IMG/VR virus record: IMGVR_UViG_3300042259_000065
Reading direction: 5' to 3' (one strand)
DNA length: 51,314 nt
From: a virus
Taxonomy: Duplodnaviria > Heunggongvirae > Uroviricota > Caudoviricetes
Shown: positions 38,400-47,860 of the stretch, in pieces
Layout: each line of letters opens with the position of its first letter
How positions within the stretch are numbered: position 1 is the stretch's first letter
Notes under the pieces: generated by a model
What the model saw: the letters and a program-made list of their open reading frames with translations, nothing else
Database searches by the model: none
What the model was told of the DNA's origin: nothing
Translations under genes and position numbers: made by a program

Positions 38400-38402
38400 C
38401 CA

Positions 38403-38624
38403 ATGAAACTCCTTGGACGTAAGTATTACAAAGATAAAACTGGTGGGAAACATCACATCCGCACCAATGGAGAATATGATTGTTGGTGGAAAGATGTCTG
38501 TACACCAAGCAAATCTCTTGAGAAAAGGTTAGTTCAGAAAGAGATTGAAGAAGGTGAACAATTATATTATGCTTACCTTGAAGACGAATTAGATGATGAA
38601 TGTGGAGGTTATGAGAATCGATGA
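38403..38624 (+). CDS. Hypothetical protein
   Basis: SD GAGGA. Confidence 0.6.
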   Translation: MKLLGRKYYKDKTGGKHHIRTNGEYDCWWKDVCTPSKSLEKRLVQKEIEEGEQLYYAYLEDELDDECGGYENR

Positions 38625-38821
38625 CTATTGAAAGTTATTATGATTTGGAGGCTGACCTCGACCTTTTCATACCTTATGCAACAAAGAAAATTTCTACAAA
38701 GTGGAATATTCCTATTGACAAAGTTAAGATTGTTTGGAATGATACAGAACTTGAATACTGCATCTACATTAATGGGAAGTGGTGTGGTTATTATGATTTG
38801 GATGAAATGGGGGATTCATGA
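38621..38821 (+). CDS. Hypothetical protein
   Basis: Overlapping start. Confidence 0.55.
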   Translation: MTIESYYDLEADLDLFIPYATKKISTKWNIPIDKVKIVWNDTELEYCIYINGKWCGYYDLDEMGDS

Positions 38822-39138
38822 ACTACGAAGAAATGAGTGATTTTGAGATTAACTTAGCTGTTGCCAAGATGAAATACAATCACCCAAGCGATCCTGAATA
38901 CTTTAAGTTTTACAGATTGAATAACGGAAACGTTGTTCAGGTTAACGCTTATAAAATGTGGCCTCAAGATTTGGACTTCTGTAACAACCCGTCAGACGCT
39001 TGGTCTTTGTTGGTGAGTCTTGTTAATTGTGGGTGTACAGTTGTTGTTGAGAAAGATAAAATCAATGGAGATTTTTTGAATGGCAAAAGTATCACAAGAA
39101 AAATTGCAGAGCTATATCTTAGCGAAAGAGCAGATTAA
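38818..39138 (+). CDS. NinX/DUF2591-like protein
   Basis: MNYEEMSDFEINLAVA...DFCNNPSDAW motifs. Confidence 0.75.
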   Translation: MNYEEMSDFEINLAVAKMKYNHPSDPEYFKFYRLNNGNVVQVNAYKMWPQDLDFCNNPSDAWSLLVSLVNCGCTVVVEKDKINGDFLNGKSITRKIAELYLSERAD

Positions 39139-39589
39139 TTTTGTAAAAGGAAAGCCCTATTGGGTAGTCCATAAAAGCGGCGCAAAAACAGGGGTGCCAG
39201 CGGGTAGTGTTGACAAGGCTGGGTACAGAAGGATTTGCGTCGGTGGTGACATACTTCTAGCGCATAGGGTTTCATGGTTTATTGAGCATGGATATAACCC
39301 AGAACTAAGTTTGGATCACATTGATGGCGACAAGGATAATAATGACCCGTCGAATTTGAGAGTTGTTGAGTTCCATCAAAATCAAAAGAACATGAAAAAG
39401 CCATCAACCAACTCTACTGGATTTAAAGGAGTTTATAAAAACTCAGGAAGAGGTAAGCCGTTTTGCGCTCAAGTAAAGCACAAAGGCGTCAAATATTATC
39501 TTGGTAGCTTTGACACCGCAGAAGAGGCGAAATTAGCTTACGACAAAAAAGCAATGGAGTTGCACGGTGAGTATTATAGGTACGAATAG
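39080..39589 (+). CDS. HNH-AP2 endonuclease
   Basis: AHRVSW...DHIDGDKDNNDPSNLR...NQKN...NSTGFKGV...YLGSFDTAEEA. Confidence 0.9.
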   Translation: MAKVSQEKLQSYILAKEQINFVKGKPYWVVHKSGAKTGVPAGSVDKAGYRRICVGGDILLAHRVSWFIEHGYNPELSLDHIDGDKDNNDPSNLRVVEFHQNQKNMKKPSTNSTGFKGVYKNSGRGKPFCAQVKHKGVKYYLGSFDTAEEAKLAYDKKAMELHGEYYRYE

Positions 39590-39842
39590 GGTAATGATTT
39601 ACTTTCTGAAAATGAAGGATGCCGAGAATGAATAAAGATAAAGCTGCAGACAATCTAGACCAATTCTTTCAAAAGGAAGAAGTTCAGGGCGTACTAATCT
39701 CTCGTGCACAACAGCTTGATGACCCTTCACAACTTATCTACATTTCTGGTGAAGATGTAGATGGTGTTCATATGAAATATACGTCTGAATACCTGAGCGG
39801 AACCTGAAATATATTCAGAAGAATCTTAGAGTAGATTCAGGT

Positions 39843-40055
39843 TTGATATCAGAGGAAGATAGAGGTCAGTGGCTGATTGACAATCCAGAACCAGAGATCA
39901 AGTTTCGTGAATCAGAACTAGGTTATAGTTTTTCATCTGATATGTCTAAATCTGAAAGAAAACAATCTTTCTTTGATGCATATGAACAAGCTAAGCTCAA
40001 AACACAGCGCCACCAAGAACAAATCACAGATATTGTTGGAGAAGAAAAACTATGA
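39843..40055 (+). CDS. Hypothetical protein
   Basis: ORF in operon. Confidence 0.5.
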   Translation: MISEEDRGQWLIDNPEPEIKFRESELGYSFSSDMSKSERKQSFFDAYEQAKLKTQRHQEQITDIVGEEKL

Positions 40056-40240
40056 GTAAATTATGCCCATCTTGTGGTAGTGAAATGTTGCTACATGATA
40101 CTACTTATAGCAATTATGATTCCCCAAGGGCTTATTCAGGCCAGCAAACTGGTGAAATTTATAAATGTTGTAATGAAGAATGTGAAGATCTTTATATACA
40201 TGATTGGTTGGCTAATGATTTTTATGAGTGGAGTTATTAG
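40052..40240 (+). CDS. Zn-ribbon small protein
   Basis: CPSCG...YKCCNEEC. Confidence 0.6.
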   Translation: MSKLCPSCGSEMLLHDTTYSNYDSPRAYSGQQTGEIYKCCNEECEDLYIHDWLANDFYEWSY

Positions 40241-40620
40241 ATATGAGCAAATACTATAAATTAATAAAACTTTCATCAAAAGGGTTTGAATTAACAACCA
40301 CAGATATCAATATGATTTTTGATATGTTAGATTCTTATGTTTGCACAAGTTGTAAAGTGAGAAAGTCAGAGGCTGAGAACTATTGTCAAAATAATCCTAT
40401 GGAGGAGTTTGAACAGGAGTACTTTATTGAAAACGCTTTTCCTGATAATTATGATACTTTACCAGTCTCGGATAAAGTTGATTGGTTGATGTCAACATGT
40501 TGTGGTGCAGAGTTTGCTTATTATGAGTTCGATTCTTATGAAGATTTAATTATAGATAACAAAGAGTGTGCTGAATGGTATATGAGGGAGTATCCAGAAA
40601 AGTTTCCAATAGGAGAATAA
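40228..40620 (+). CDS. Acidic hypothetical protein with Cys pairs
   Basis: CTSC...TCCGAEF. Confidence 0.6.
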   Translation: MELLDMSKYYKLIKLSSKGFELTTTDINMIFDMLDSYVCTSCKVRKSEAENYCQNNPMEEFEQEYFIENAFPDNYDTLPVSDKVDWLMSTCCGAEFAYYEFDSYEDLIIDNKECAEWYMREYPEKFPIGE

Positions 40621-40621
40621 A

Positions 40622-41092
40622 ATGACATTTTTAGAATTAGAAAAACAGTATCAAGCTTATAAAGAAGAACTATCTGAAACATTAAATACACTAGGAGCTA
40701 TGTGTAGCAACTTCACTGAGGATAATCCTGAATACTTTGAAGGAATAGATTATGTGAATAATCCTTATGAGCTTGGTTACAACGAAACCTATCAAGAACA
40801 CTGGATTGATCTGGAAGATAATTCAATCACAATTCTTTTTAGCTACGAAGACTCTTATGATGAAATTTGTGACTCTGATTCACAGATTTCATACCCACTG
40901 CATTGGGTAGAAGCTGTGTTTGAAGGAAGTGAGTCTGGTTTAGGTACCATTCTACATGAAATCAAAGATAATATTCTAAAACATAATAATGTTGAGATTG
41001 CTCGTGCCAAACGAGAAGCGATTTATGAAGCACTACGTTACGACTTAATCACAAAAGAGTTTGCGGAAGAAGCTCTTGCAGAGTTAATATAA
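40622..41092 (+). CDS. Acidic hypothetical protein
   Basis: SD AGGAG; rich in D, E and Y. Confidence 0.65.
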   Translation: MTFLELEKQYQAYKEELSETLNTLGAMCSNFTEDNPEYFEGIDYVNNPYELGYNETYQEHWIDLEDNSITILFSYEDSYDEICDSDSQISYPLHWVEAVFEGSESGLGTILHEIKDNILKHNNVEIARAKREAIYEALRYDLITKEFAEEALAELI

Positions 41093-41219
41093 AATTTTGA
41101 AAACGATGGAAAATTTAATTTCAACAAAGTAGGTTTCTTTTGTTGACAAGCAAGATTATGCGTGCGAAGATTCAAACATGTAGTAAAGAAGTGAGTTTTA
41201 ATCTAGAGAGGATTGAGTT

Positions 41220-41711
41220 ATGAAAACACGTATTGTGAGTGCATTTCCAGCTTGTGGGAAAAGTTATATCTATGATAACCAAACCAAGTTAGGTTTAAAG
41301 GTTTCAGATAGTGATTCAAGTCAGTTTAGTTGGGTCGAGACAGATTCTGGTAAGGTTCGTAATCCTGATTTCCCACGTAATTATATTGAGCATATTAAAA
41401 GTTTGATTGGTAAAGTGGATTATGTCTTTGTGAGTTCACATAATGAAGTTAAGCTTGCTTTAGAAGATGCGCAACTTCAATATATTCTTGTCATGCCTAA
41501 CCCAGATTTAAAACTCGAATGGTTAGGTCGTTGTTGGTTGAGAGGGTCATCAGAAGGATTCTTAAAACTTATAAATAATAATTGGGATGATTGGGTCAAC
41601 CCTCAGAAAATTAGCTTTTATTGGAATCCTGTTGGTGTAACTTACTTATCATCAGGTGAATACCTTTCTGATAAACTATCTTGGTTTAACACATTTTCAG
41701 GTTGTAATTAA
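41220..41711 (+). CDS. P-loop kinase-like conserved phage protein
   Basis: IVSAFPACGKSY...DSDSS...RNPDFPRNYIEHIK. Confidence 0.7.
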   Translation: MKTRIVSAFPACGKSYIYDNQTKLGLKVSDSDSSQFSWVETDSGKVRNPDFPRNYIEHIKSLIGKVDYVFVSSHNEVKLALEDAQLQYILVMPNPDLKLEWLGRCWLRGSSEGFLKLINNNWDDWVNPQKISFYWNPVGVTYLSSGEYLSDKLSWFNTFSGCN

Positions 41712-41722
41712 GGAGAACAACA

Positions 41723-42142
41723 ATGACAGAATTTAAGATGATTGATACAAAAGATTTGCAGATTAAAAGTTTGCTTGAGTTTGCAAAAGCTTTAGGTTAT
41801 ATGCCAGTAGCTAGTGAATGGCTATGTCAAGGGTTTAAAACTTTGGATATGTGTACATGGCACACTAAATATATCAGTGCGGAGGATATGATTAAGCTAC
41901 ACAATGGACATTTATACCGAGTGATTGAGATACCAAACGGAGAGAAGGTTTATGATTTTATTGAATTAAAACATATTGATGTTGCAAATACTTCATTTAC
42001 TTATGCAAAGAATGCTAAACTTATTGATCAAGTAAAACTACAGCGTGATAAGAGTCAACCTGATGGTGTAAAATGTCAGAATCATATGGTTAAGCTTACC
42101 GAGAAAGGTAAAGAACTTTATGAACATTTGAGAAGTTTGTAA
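41723..42142 (+). CDS. Hypothetical protein
   Basis: SD AAGGAG. Confidence 0.65.
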   Translation: MTEFKMIDTKDLQIKSLLEFAKALGYMPVASEWLCQGFKTLDMCTWHTKYISAEDMIKLHNGHLYRVIEIPNGEKVYDFIELKHIDVANTSFTYAKNAKLIDQVKLQRDKSQPDGVKCQNHMVKLTEKGKELYEHLRSL

Positions 42143-42151
42143 GAGGTAGAG

Positions 42152-42373
42152 ATGTTTATTAAAATTATCTGGTATGATGTCTTTGAACGGAAAACTTTAG
42201 AGTGTATTGTTGCTGATGGTAATGCAGCTTGGAGTATTTGTCATGCTTTAGACCAATGTGATACAGTACGTCAATGGAGATTAGATGTTCCAGAGGATAC
42301 ATTTATCTGGTATCACAGTAACAATTCATGGGATAAATTAAAGATTGATCCTAACAAATGGGATTATAGTTAA
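42152..42373 (+). CDS. Hypothetical protein
   Basis: SD GAGG. Confidence 0.6.
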   Translation: MFIKIIWYDVFERKTLECIVADGNAAWSICHALDQCDTVRQWRLDVPEDTFIWYHSNNSWDKLKIDPNKWDYS

Positions 42374-42403
42374 GAGGGTTAAGTTAATTTCAAAACCTCA
42401 TAC

Positions 42404-42428
42404 AGCCGCCTATGAGCGGCTTTATTTA
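42404..42428 (+). terminator. Terminator
   Basis: AGCCGC-ctatga-GCGGCT followed by TTTATTT. Confidence 0.75.
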
Positions 42429-42914
42429 TACCTAATACACTTCATCAAATAAACCTCTACCTCTTCACCACAAGCCATACACGAACGATTTAAACCATTC
42501 TCAAACAAACTTTACTCTTAATCAATAAATTATTCTAACCAAACGTGAATTTTAGAAACGATTGCGATAATTATTCTTAGCAAAGTAGAAAATTTTGAAA
42601 CAGGGGACGAAAATTATCTCAAGCATTTTACTTTTGAAAGGACGTCGATTTGATTTCAAGTAAACGTAATTGCACACGACGAAAGAATTATCTTAACCTA
42701 TCGCGTTTCTCTAAAAATTTGTATCAGATTGGAAAATGATCTTTAGCAATCGTGAAAATTTGGGATAATGATAATGAGTGTGAGAATTATTTACTTTGTA
42801 GAATGAAAACCATTATTATTTGATAATGTTGTCATTAGTAAATAGCGGGATCGGTTGGTTCCTGCAAAACCTTGATCTTAACTTGTAAGATTCGCGAGCT
42901 AATGGCTAACCGCA

Positions 42915-43439
42915 AGTGATTTCCTGATTTGTTGAATATATTATAAAGCCACTCGCCAATAAAAGCAAGTGACTTTGATCACAATTTTAGCTATTTTCGT
43001 ACTCTTTTAGCCACTTTCTAGCTTGCATAATGCTTTTAGTGTTAAAGTTTATATAATAGAATCCGTTTTTATAAACATTATAAACCCAAGTTTTTTGGCA
43101 AAATTCAAAAGTAAATAGATGACCATTAAGCTTTAAAGTACCATTTTTTGCATTAGCTGCCATCTTTTGCGCGCCATCCAGTAGTTTGTTCATATTGATA
43201 GCCATATATGCGATCCTCTTTGTTGTTCACTTGTTAGTAGGTAACCGTTTACCTTAAAAAGAATATTAATACTTTAAGTATGAAAATACAAGGCTTTTTA
43301 AACCTTATATTTAATTTTGTGACTCAAGTCACGTTTATAAATATCATCCACTCTTTATAGCTACCAACCTATTTAGACTTAAGTCTGCGACAATAACGGC
43401 TTCGCTAGTGATTTCCTGATTTGTTGAATATATTATAAA
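42915..43439 (-). repeat. Two identical 33-bp direct repeats (42915-42947, 43407-43439) forming the -10/leader of duplicated leftward promoters
   Basis: AGTGATTTCCTGATTTGTTGAATATATTATAAA occurs twice. Upstream -35 elements TTGCTT and TTGCAA lie at 17-nt spacing. Confidence 0.85.
42987..43205 (-). CDS. Small early protein
   Basis: SD GAGGA; own promoter TTGTAT-17-TAATAT. Confidence 0.65.
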   Translation of the reverse strand: MAINMNKLLDGAQKMAANAKNGTLKLNGHLFTFEFCQKTWVYNVYKNGFYYINFNTKSIMQARKWLKEYENS

Positions 43440-43478
43440 AGAGATCGCTCACTATTGCAAGCGATCTTTATCACAATT

Positions 43479-43616
43479 TTATTTATTAATACTTTCTATG
43501 TGCCAGATAAAAGATCTAGGAAGCATACTATAAGCTATTGCAGAAACTTGATCATAGTTCATACCATGAAAATCTCTATATTGTACTTTAAAACCGTTAT
43601 TCCATACTAGTCGCAT
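43479..43616 (-). CDS. 45-aa early protein (not in ORF track)
   Basis: SD GAGG; MRLVWNNGFKVQYRDFHG...ESINK*. Confidence 0.55.
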   Translation of the reverse strand: MRLVWNNGFKVQYRDFHGMNYDQVSAIAYSMLPRSFIWHIESINK

Positions 43617-43888
43617 AATAAAACCTCTTAATTGTTGTTCGCTAAAATTTCCTAAAGATTACACCCATCTTTTTATAGAGTCAAACACTTTTTAAGTAAA
43701 ATTTATCCTTGCCCAGGTGGATACTTTTCACCTGGAGGATAAGGCGCAGAAAAGTGTGAGATTCCGCACAATTTTGGCGCTTAAAAGTGTATAAATGCGC
43801 TTACCATGTAAAAACAACTTGCACAACTTGATAAGATTGTTTATTGTGTAGTTATTCCAACGGGAACTACTAACAAAGGTTTAAAGTT

Positions 43889-44044
43889 ATGATTAACGTT
43901 ATCATCCAAGAATACGAAACAAGCGCTCCAGAACGTCGTACAATGCCAGCAAGCCACGCTCACAAACTGGGCTTATCAAAAGCATTCTATAAAGTGCAAT
44001 TGCTAGGCGAGTTCGGTCAAGTTGATTTCGAGTACAAAGCTTAA
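43889..44044 (+). CDS. 51-aa early protein (not in ORF track)
   Basis: Follows promoter TTGCAC-17-TATTGT; SD AAAGG. Confidence 0.6.
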   Translation: MINVIIQEYETSAPERRTMPASHAHKLGLSKAFYKVQLLGEFGQVDFEYKA

Positions 44045-44266
44045 GGAGTAACAATCATGCATATACCAACTTTTGAACAATGGCTAGAAAGCCCTTACAA
44101 GTTCAATATTGATCTAGTTGTATTATGTAATCTTGGGGAGATCCGATCCTAAAATATAAATATGATATAGGTCACAGATAATACACTTATAGGAAGTTAA
44201 AGGTTTACATACTTTTATAAATGATTTATATTACACTCAATCCGAACACAAAAGAGACGTACTATT

Positions 44267-44506
44267 ATGTTTTATTGTTTACATACATTTTTAGATCCAT
44301 TGGGTATAGAATCATATATGATCACTCGCCCGTTAGGTGCTGAATCAACTATCCGGATCGTATGCGGAAAGGTTACACAACTAAAGACTGAATACTATTT
44401 CAGCCATTATAAAGAGATCGCTAGAATGGATCGCAAGTTACCACGCCGCCCATCTATGGTAGACTATGGACTGACAAAAGTTAGTTACAGCGAGATATAT
44501 TGTTAA
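44267..44506 (+). CDS. Hypothetical early protein
   Basis: ORF in early cluster. Confidence 0.5.
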   Translation: MFYCLHTFLDPLGIESYMITRPLGAESTIRIVCGKVTQLKTEYYFSHYKEIARMDRKLPRRPSMVDYGLTKVSYSEIYC

Positions 44507-44633
44507 TAATGTGACACACTTCACAAATTTATTCAGACTATAGAAAATAATACTTGCATTAAAATTTCAATCGTTTATATTAAACACATCAGCCAAGCAA
44601 TGACGCAAGGCACAACAAAGAGAGATTAAGATC

Positions 44634-44858
44634 GTGGACAGAGTATTTAAGAAAGGCGATTTTATAGGCCATCTAGGGTTTATTACTGTTGATTGTACTA
44701 TAACAAGATCAGGCAAAATCTACTGGACAAATAAGCAAGTTCTAACTCTATTGGATGAAGAGGGGCGACCTTTTACCAATGCACAATTTAGAAAAAATGC
44801 ATATAAGCAGGCTGAAAATTTCTTTAAATCATTAGGCTGGGTATTGGGGGATCTTTAA
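44634..44858 (+). CDS. Hypothetical early protein
   Basis: Follows the TTGCAT promoter. Confidence 0.55.
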   Translation: MDRVFKKGDFIGHLGFITVDCTITRSGKIYWTNKQVLTLLDEEGRPFTNAQFRKNAYKQAENFFKSLGWVLGDL

Positions 44859-44862
44859 TATT

Positions 44863-45042
44863 ATGACTAAAGCAGAAGCGGTTAAACTTTACAAGATGGA
44901 AAATTCAGAATTCATCAAAGAGTGCAAAGCACGGAAAGATCGCGTTATGTTACGCATAGCTTGGAACGATTGGACAGACAGCCTTTGCAAGGATGGTGTT
45001 ATCACCGAGTCACAGTACCACAATTGGTCTAATCCGTTCTAA
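44863..45042 (+). CDS. 59-aa conserved phage early protein (not in ORF track)
   Basis: AWNDWTDSLCKDGVIT..QY..W..PF motif. Confidence 0.65.
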   Translation: MTKAEAVKLYKMENSEFIKECKARKDRVMLRIAWNDWTDSLCKDGVITESQYHNWSNPF

Positions 45043-45138
45043 TGTGATAAAGTTCACACATTAACAAAAGCGCTATTTACTTGTATAGATAACGCTTTAT
45101 AATGTGAAACATAAATCAACGAAAACAAGGTGCATAAT

Positions 45139-45333
45139 ATGTCTATTTCATATCTTAATACAAAAATATACGGGCAAGTTGAAACACTTGATCAATTAGA
45201 TTCTAGCGATTTCAAAGATTATAAAGCCTTCAGAGCAGAGAAAAAACGCCTATTAGGTGAATACGTTCTGGCAGGTGGTCACGGTGCCCCGTATTGGTCT
45301 AGACGTTCAACAAAAGCTTATAAGGGGGCATAA
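45139..45333 (+). CDS. Hypothetical early protein
   Basis: ETLDQLD...EY.LAGG...YWSRR motif. Confidence 0.6.
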   Translation: MSISYLNTKIYGQVETLDQLDSSDFKDYKAFRAEKKRLLGEYVLAGGHGAPYWSRRSTKAYKGA

Positions 45334-45334
45334 C

Positions 45335-45559
45335 ATGCAAGCAATCATGATTGAAGGTTTATTTGTTATTCCTACGCTTGTGCCACTGGGTCAAATTAAA
45401 GTAGGCGACACTATTCTGCACAATGGGAAACTTAAGACTGTTTCACGCTCAAATATAAAACATGATTCTTTTATGGGTTTAACTTTGTTCGGGGATAGCT
45501 ACCACATCAAAAGAAAAGTTATCAAATGTAAGATCTTTAATGGTTTAAAATTTATTTAG
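45335..45559 (+). CDS. Hypothetical early protein
   Basis: IKVGDTILHNGKLKTV...DSFMGLTLFGDSY motif. Confidence 0.6.
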   Translation: MQAIMIEGLFVIPTLVPLGQIKVGDTILHNGKLKTVSRSNIKHDSFMGLTLFGDSYHIKRKVIKCKIFNGLKFI

Positions 45560-45679
45560 TGACGACAGTCATAAATTAATTATAACAGGGAATTTTTGTT
45601 TGACTTGATGAAAATTCCCGCTTATAGTTAATTACATAGATAGGCAATAAAGCTTAACATACTGAAAAAGGTACATACT

Positions 45680-46093
45680 ATGTCAAACCAAAAACAAATC
45701 AAACTAGCGCTTTTCAAAATTGTTAATGATTCAATTGACACTGAAGCTTATACTGACCAAGAATTCTCAACAGTGGCGGATAAGTGTAAATATGTTTTAA
45801 AATGTTTTGATAATGAATATTATGATCGTAGTGAACCAAACTACACAAAACGTCTAGCCGGATGGTTGCAAGGTTTACCTACAATTGTTACGGTCCCTTT
45901 TTACTATGTAGAGATCATCAAGATCGGATACAAGCTAGATCTTATAAAGAAAGGAAAATATAAAACCACAACAGAAAACAACGAGCAAAAGTTTATTGAA
46001 CAATGGTTCGAATTAATGGCGCACAAATTGATCCAGATGTCGCAAATGAAATCCTATGCTGAAAATCAATTTAATAGTTACATTGCCGAGTGA
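45680..46093 (+). CDS. Hypothetical early protein
   Basis: Follows promoter TTGACT-17-TATAGT; WLQGLP motif. Confidence 0.65.
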   Translation: MSNQKQIKLALFKIVNDSIDTEAYTDQEFSTVADKCKYVLKCFDNEYYDRSEPNYTKRLAGWLQGLPTIVTVPFYYVEIIKIGYKLDLIKKGKYKTTTENNEQKFIEQWFELMAHKLIQMSQMKSYAENQFNSYIAE

Positions 46094-46500
46094 TGGGATG
46101 GGATAATATGCGATTGCTCGGATACCATATCGCCAAAAGGAAAAAGCTAGATGATTTAACACTAGAAATTATTGGGCAGCAAATTTATAATGCCTTAAGT
46201 GGTAGCAATGCTTCAGATGAAAAAATCATGCAAGATTTCAAAAAGTTTTATATTTTTTACCAAATTGTTAATCTCTTAGAGAATCGCGATACTATCGAAA
46301 TAACTCAAGATGTTTGGGAAGACTTGAGTTTATCTGAAGAAGAATTTCGAGTCAGTTTACATGGGTTCTATAAGACAATCCAAGGGGTAAACAAGCTAGA
46401 AAAGGCTACTAAAGCTAAAATTAATCAAGGGTTATCAGCAGAGATTGTTTGGTCAAAGCATAATCTTTTAAACCAAGTACGATTTACTAAAGTGTATTAA
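46090..46500 (+). CDS. Hypothetical early protein
   Basis: Overlapping start. Confidence 0.55.
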   Translation: MMGWDNMRLLGYHIAKRKKLDDLTLEIIGQQIYNALSGSNASDEKIMQDFKKFYIFYQIVNLLENRDTIEITQDVWEDLSLSEEEFRVSLHGFYKTIQGVNKLEKATKAKINQGLSAEIVWSKHNLLNQVRFTKVY

Positions 46501-46670
46501 TTATAAGGAAACAAAATGAAGGCATCGATAAACTTTACCAAAACACGAAATAAACAACAGTACAATTTTGCAGAGTGGGAAGATTCAAAACAAACCAAGC
46601 GCGAGAAAAAGAAACATGATCGCAGCGGTCGAGATGTTAAACGAAATTATTGATAAATTGTGATACAAGC

Positions 46671-46702
46671 CCCGCTTCTTAGTTGAGGCGGGATTTTTCT
46701 TT
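46671..46702 (+). terminator. Terminator
   Basis: CCCGCTTC-ttagtt-GAGGCGGG followed by a T-rich tract. Confidence 0.7.
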
Positions 46703-46782
46703 TAATAAAGCTTGCAATCTTGAGCAAGTTTGCTATTATGTATTTAACGAAACGTGACACAACTTAGACAAAAGGTTAACAT

Positions 46783-47077
46783 CATGAAAAATTATATCTT
46801 GGCGATAATTCTACTTTCTATCAGCAGCTTTTCATTTGATGCAAATGCAACTGAGCCGATGCAATACAGCGTTGATCAAGATAAAATCACTACTACAACA
46901 GCACCAACTAGCGGACTACTGAAGGCGAATTGCAAAGCTTTCGACAAAGACGGTAAAACTATTGCGGGGCAACTTGTGACGGTAGACCAAGAATTTTTGG
47001 CGCAGGGGCTTTACATTGTAGAATTTAACCTATACAATGAGCAGCACAATAAAGTTAATTTAGTTAAATGTAAATAA
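46783..47077 (+). CDS. Exported early protein with signal peptide
   Basis: MKNYILAIILLSISSFSFDANA signal-like N-terminus with A-N-A cleavage motif. Confidence 0.6.
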
Positions 47078-47090
47078 TAGGGTACAGATT

Positions 47091-47495
47091 ATGAAAACTT
47101 TAAACATCGCATTAAACAAAAATTTACCGGAAGCTACACAATTAAACCAATTATGTGATCTCCTACGTGAGGAGTTGAAACACCGCCATAAAAATAAAAA
47201 TCGTCGTTATGCTGAAGTTAGAAATACTCTTATCAATAATAATTTGTTTAAATCCGTTAAAATCAGCGATAAAAAACCTAGTGCATGGTCTAGCAATTTA
47301 CGTGATAAATTGAACAATAGGACGTTTGAACAATGTTATTTAGGGGAGTTATATAATTGCAATAGTTTAAAACAGTTGTATACGGTCATTTACAAAATAC
47401 AAATTGATCGCCTAGCTGGGCTAAGTGGCAGAGCTATAGCTAAGCAAGTCTTAAGAGGTAAAAACAATGTGCCGTGTAAAACTATACAACTTTGA
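47091..47495 (+). CDS. Basic hypothetical protein
   Basis: ORF in early cluster. Confidence 0.6.
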   Translation: MKTLNIALNKNLPEATQLNQLCDLLREELKHRHKNKNRRYAEVRNTLINNNLFKSVKISDKKPSAWSSNLRDKLNNRTFEQCYLGELYNCNSLKQLYTVIYKIQIDRLAGLSGRAIAKQVLRGKNNVPCKTIQL

Positions 47496-47757
47496 AGATA
47501 ACAATAAACTTTCTGAATTCATTGATCATTTGGAAAATCAACAGGATGTAACATTTATCTATTATCCAGAAAATCAAACTATTGTGCTAGATTTCCCTTG
47601 GGTAGCAACAAGCAAGATCTTTTATGCAAGCGCGATAGATTATCTAAAGAATAACGTTATTCTGGCAATAGGACCGGATTGCCAAGGGACAAATGAATTG
47701 CAAGAGTGTGAGCATATTGATTTGGAAAATAAAATGCTTGTGAGTGGTAAAATGTGA
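47467..47757 (+). CDS. Hypothetical protein
   Basis: SD GAGG. Confidence 0.55.
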   Translation: MCRVKLYNFEDNNKLSEFIDHLENQQDVTFIYYPENQTIVLDFPWVATSKIFYASAIDYLKNNVILAIGPDCQGTNELQECEHIDLENKMLVSGKM

Positions 47758-47860
47758 CTTTCGTCACTTTACAATAGATTAAACTTTTAGTATTATTACA
47801 TTGTCGGCAGGGGGAATAGTTTCTTACTGGACAAGTGGCAAAATTGCCAAGGTGGATAAA

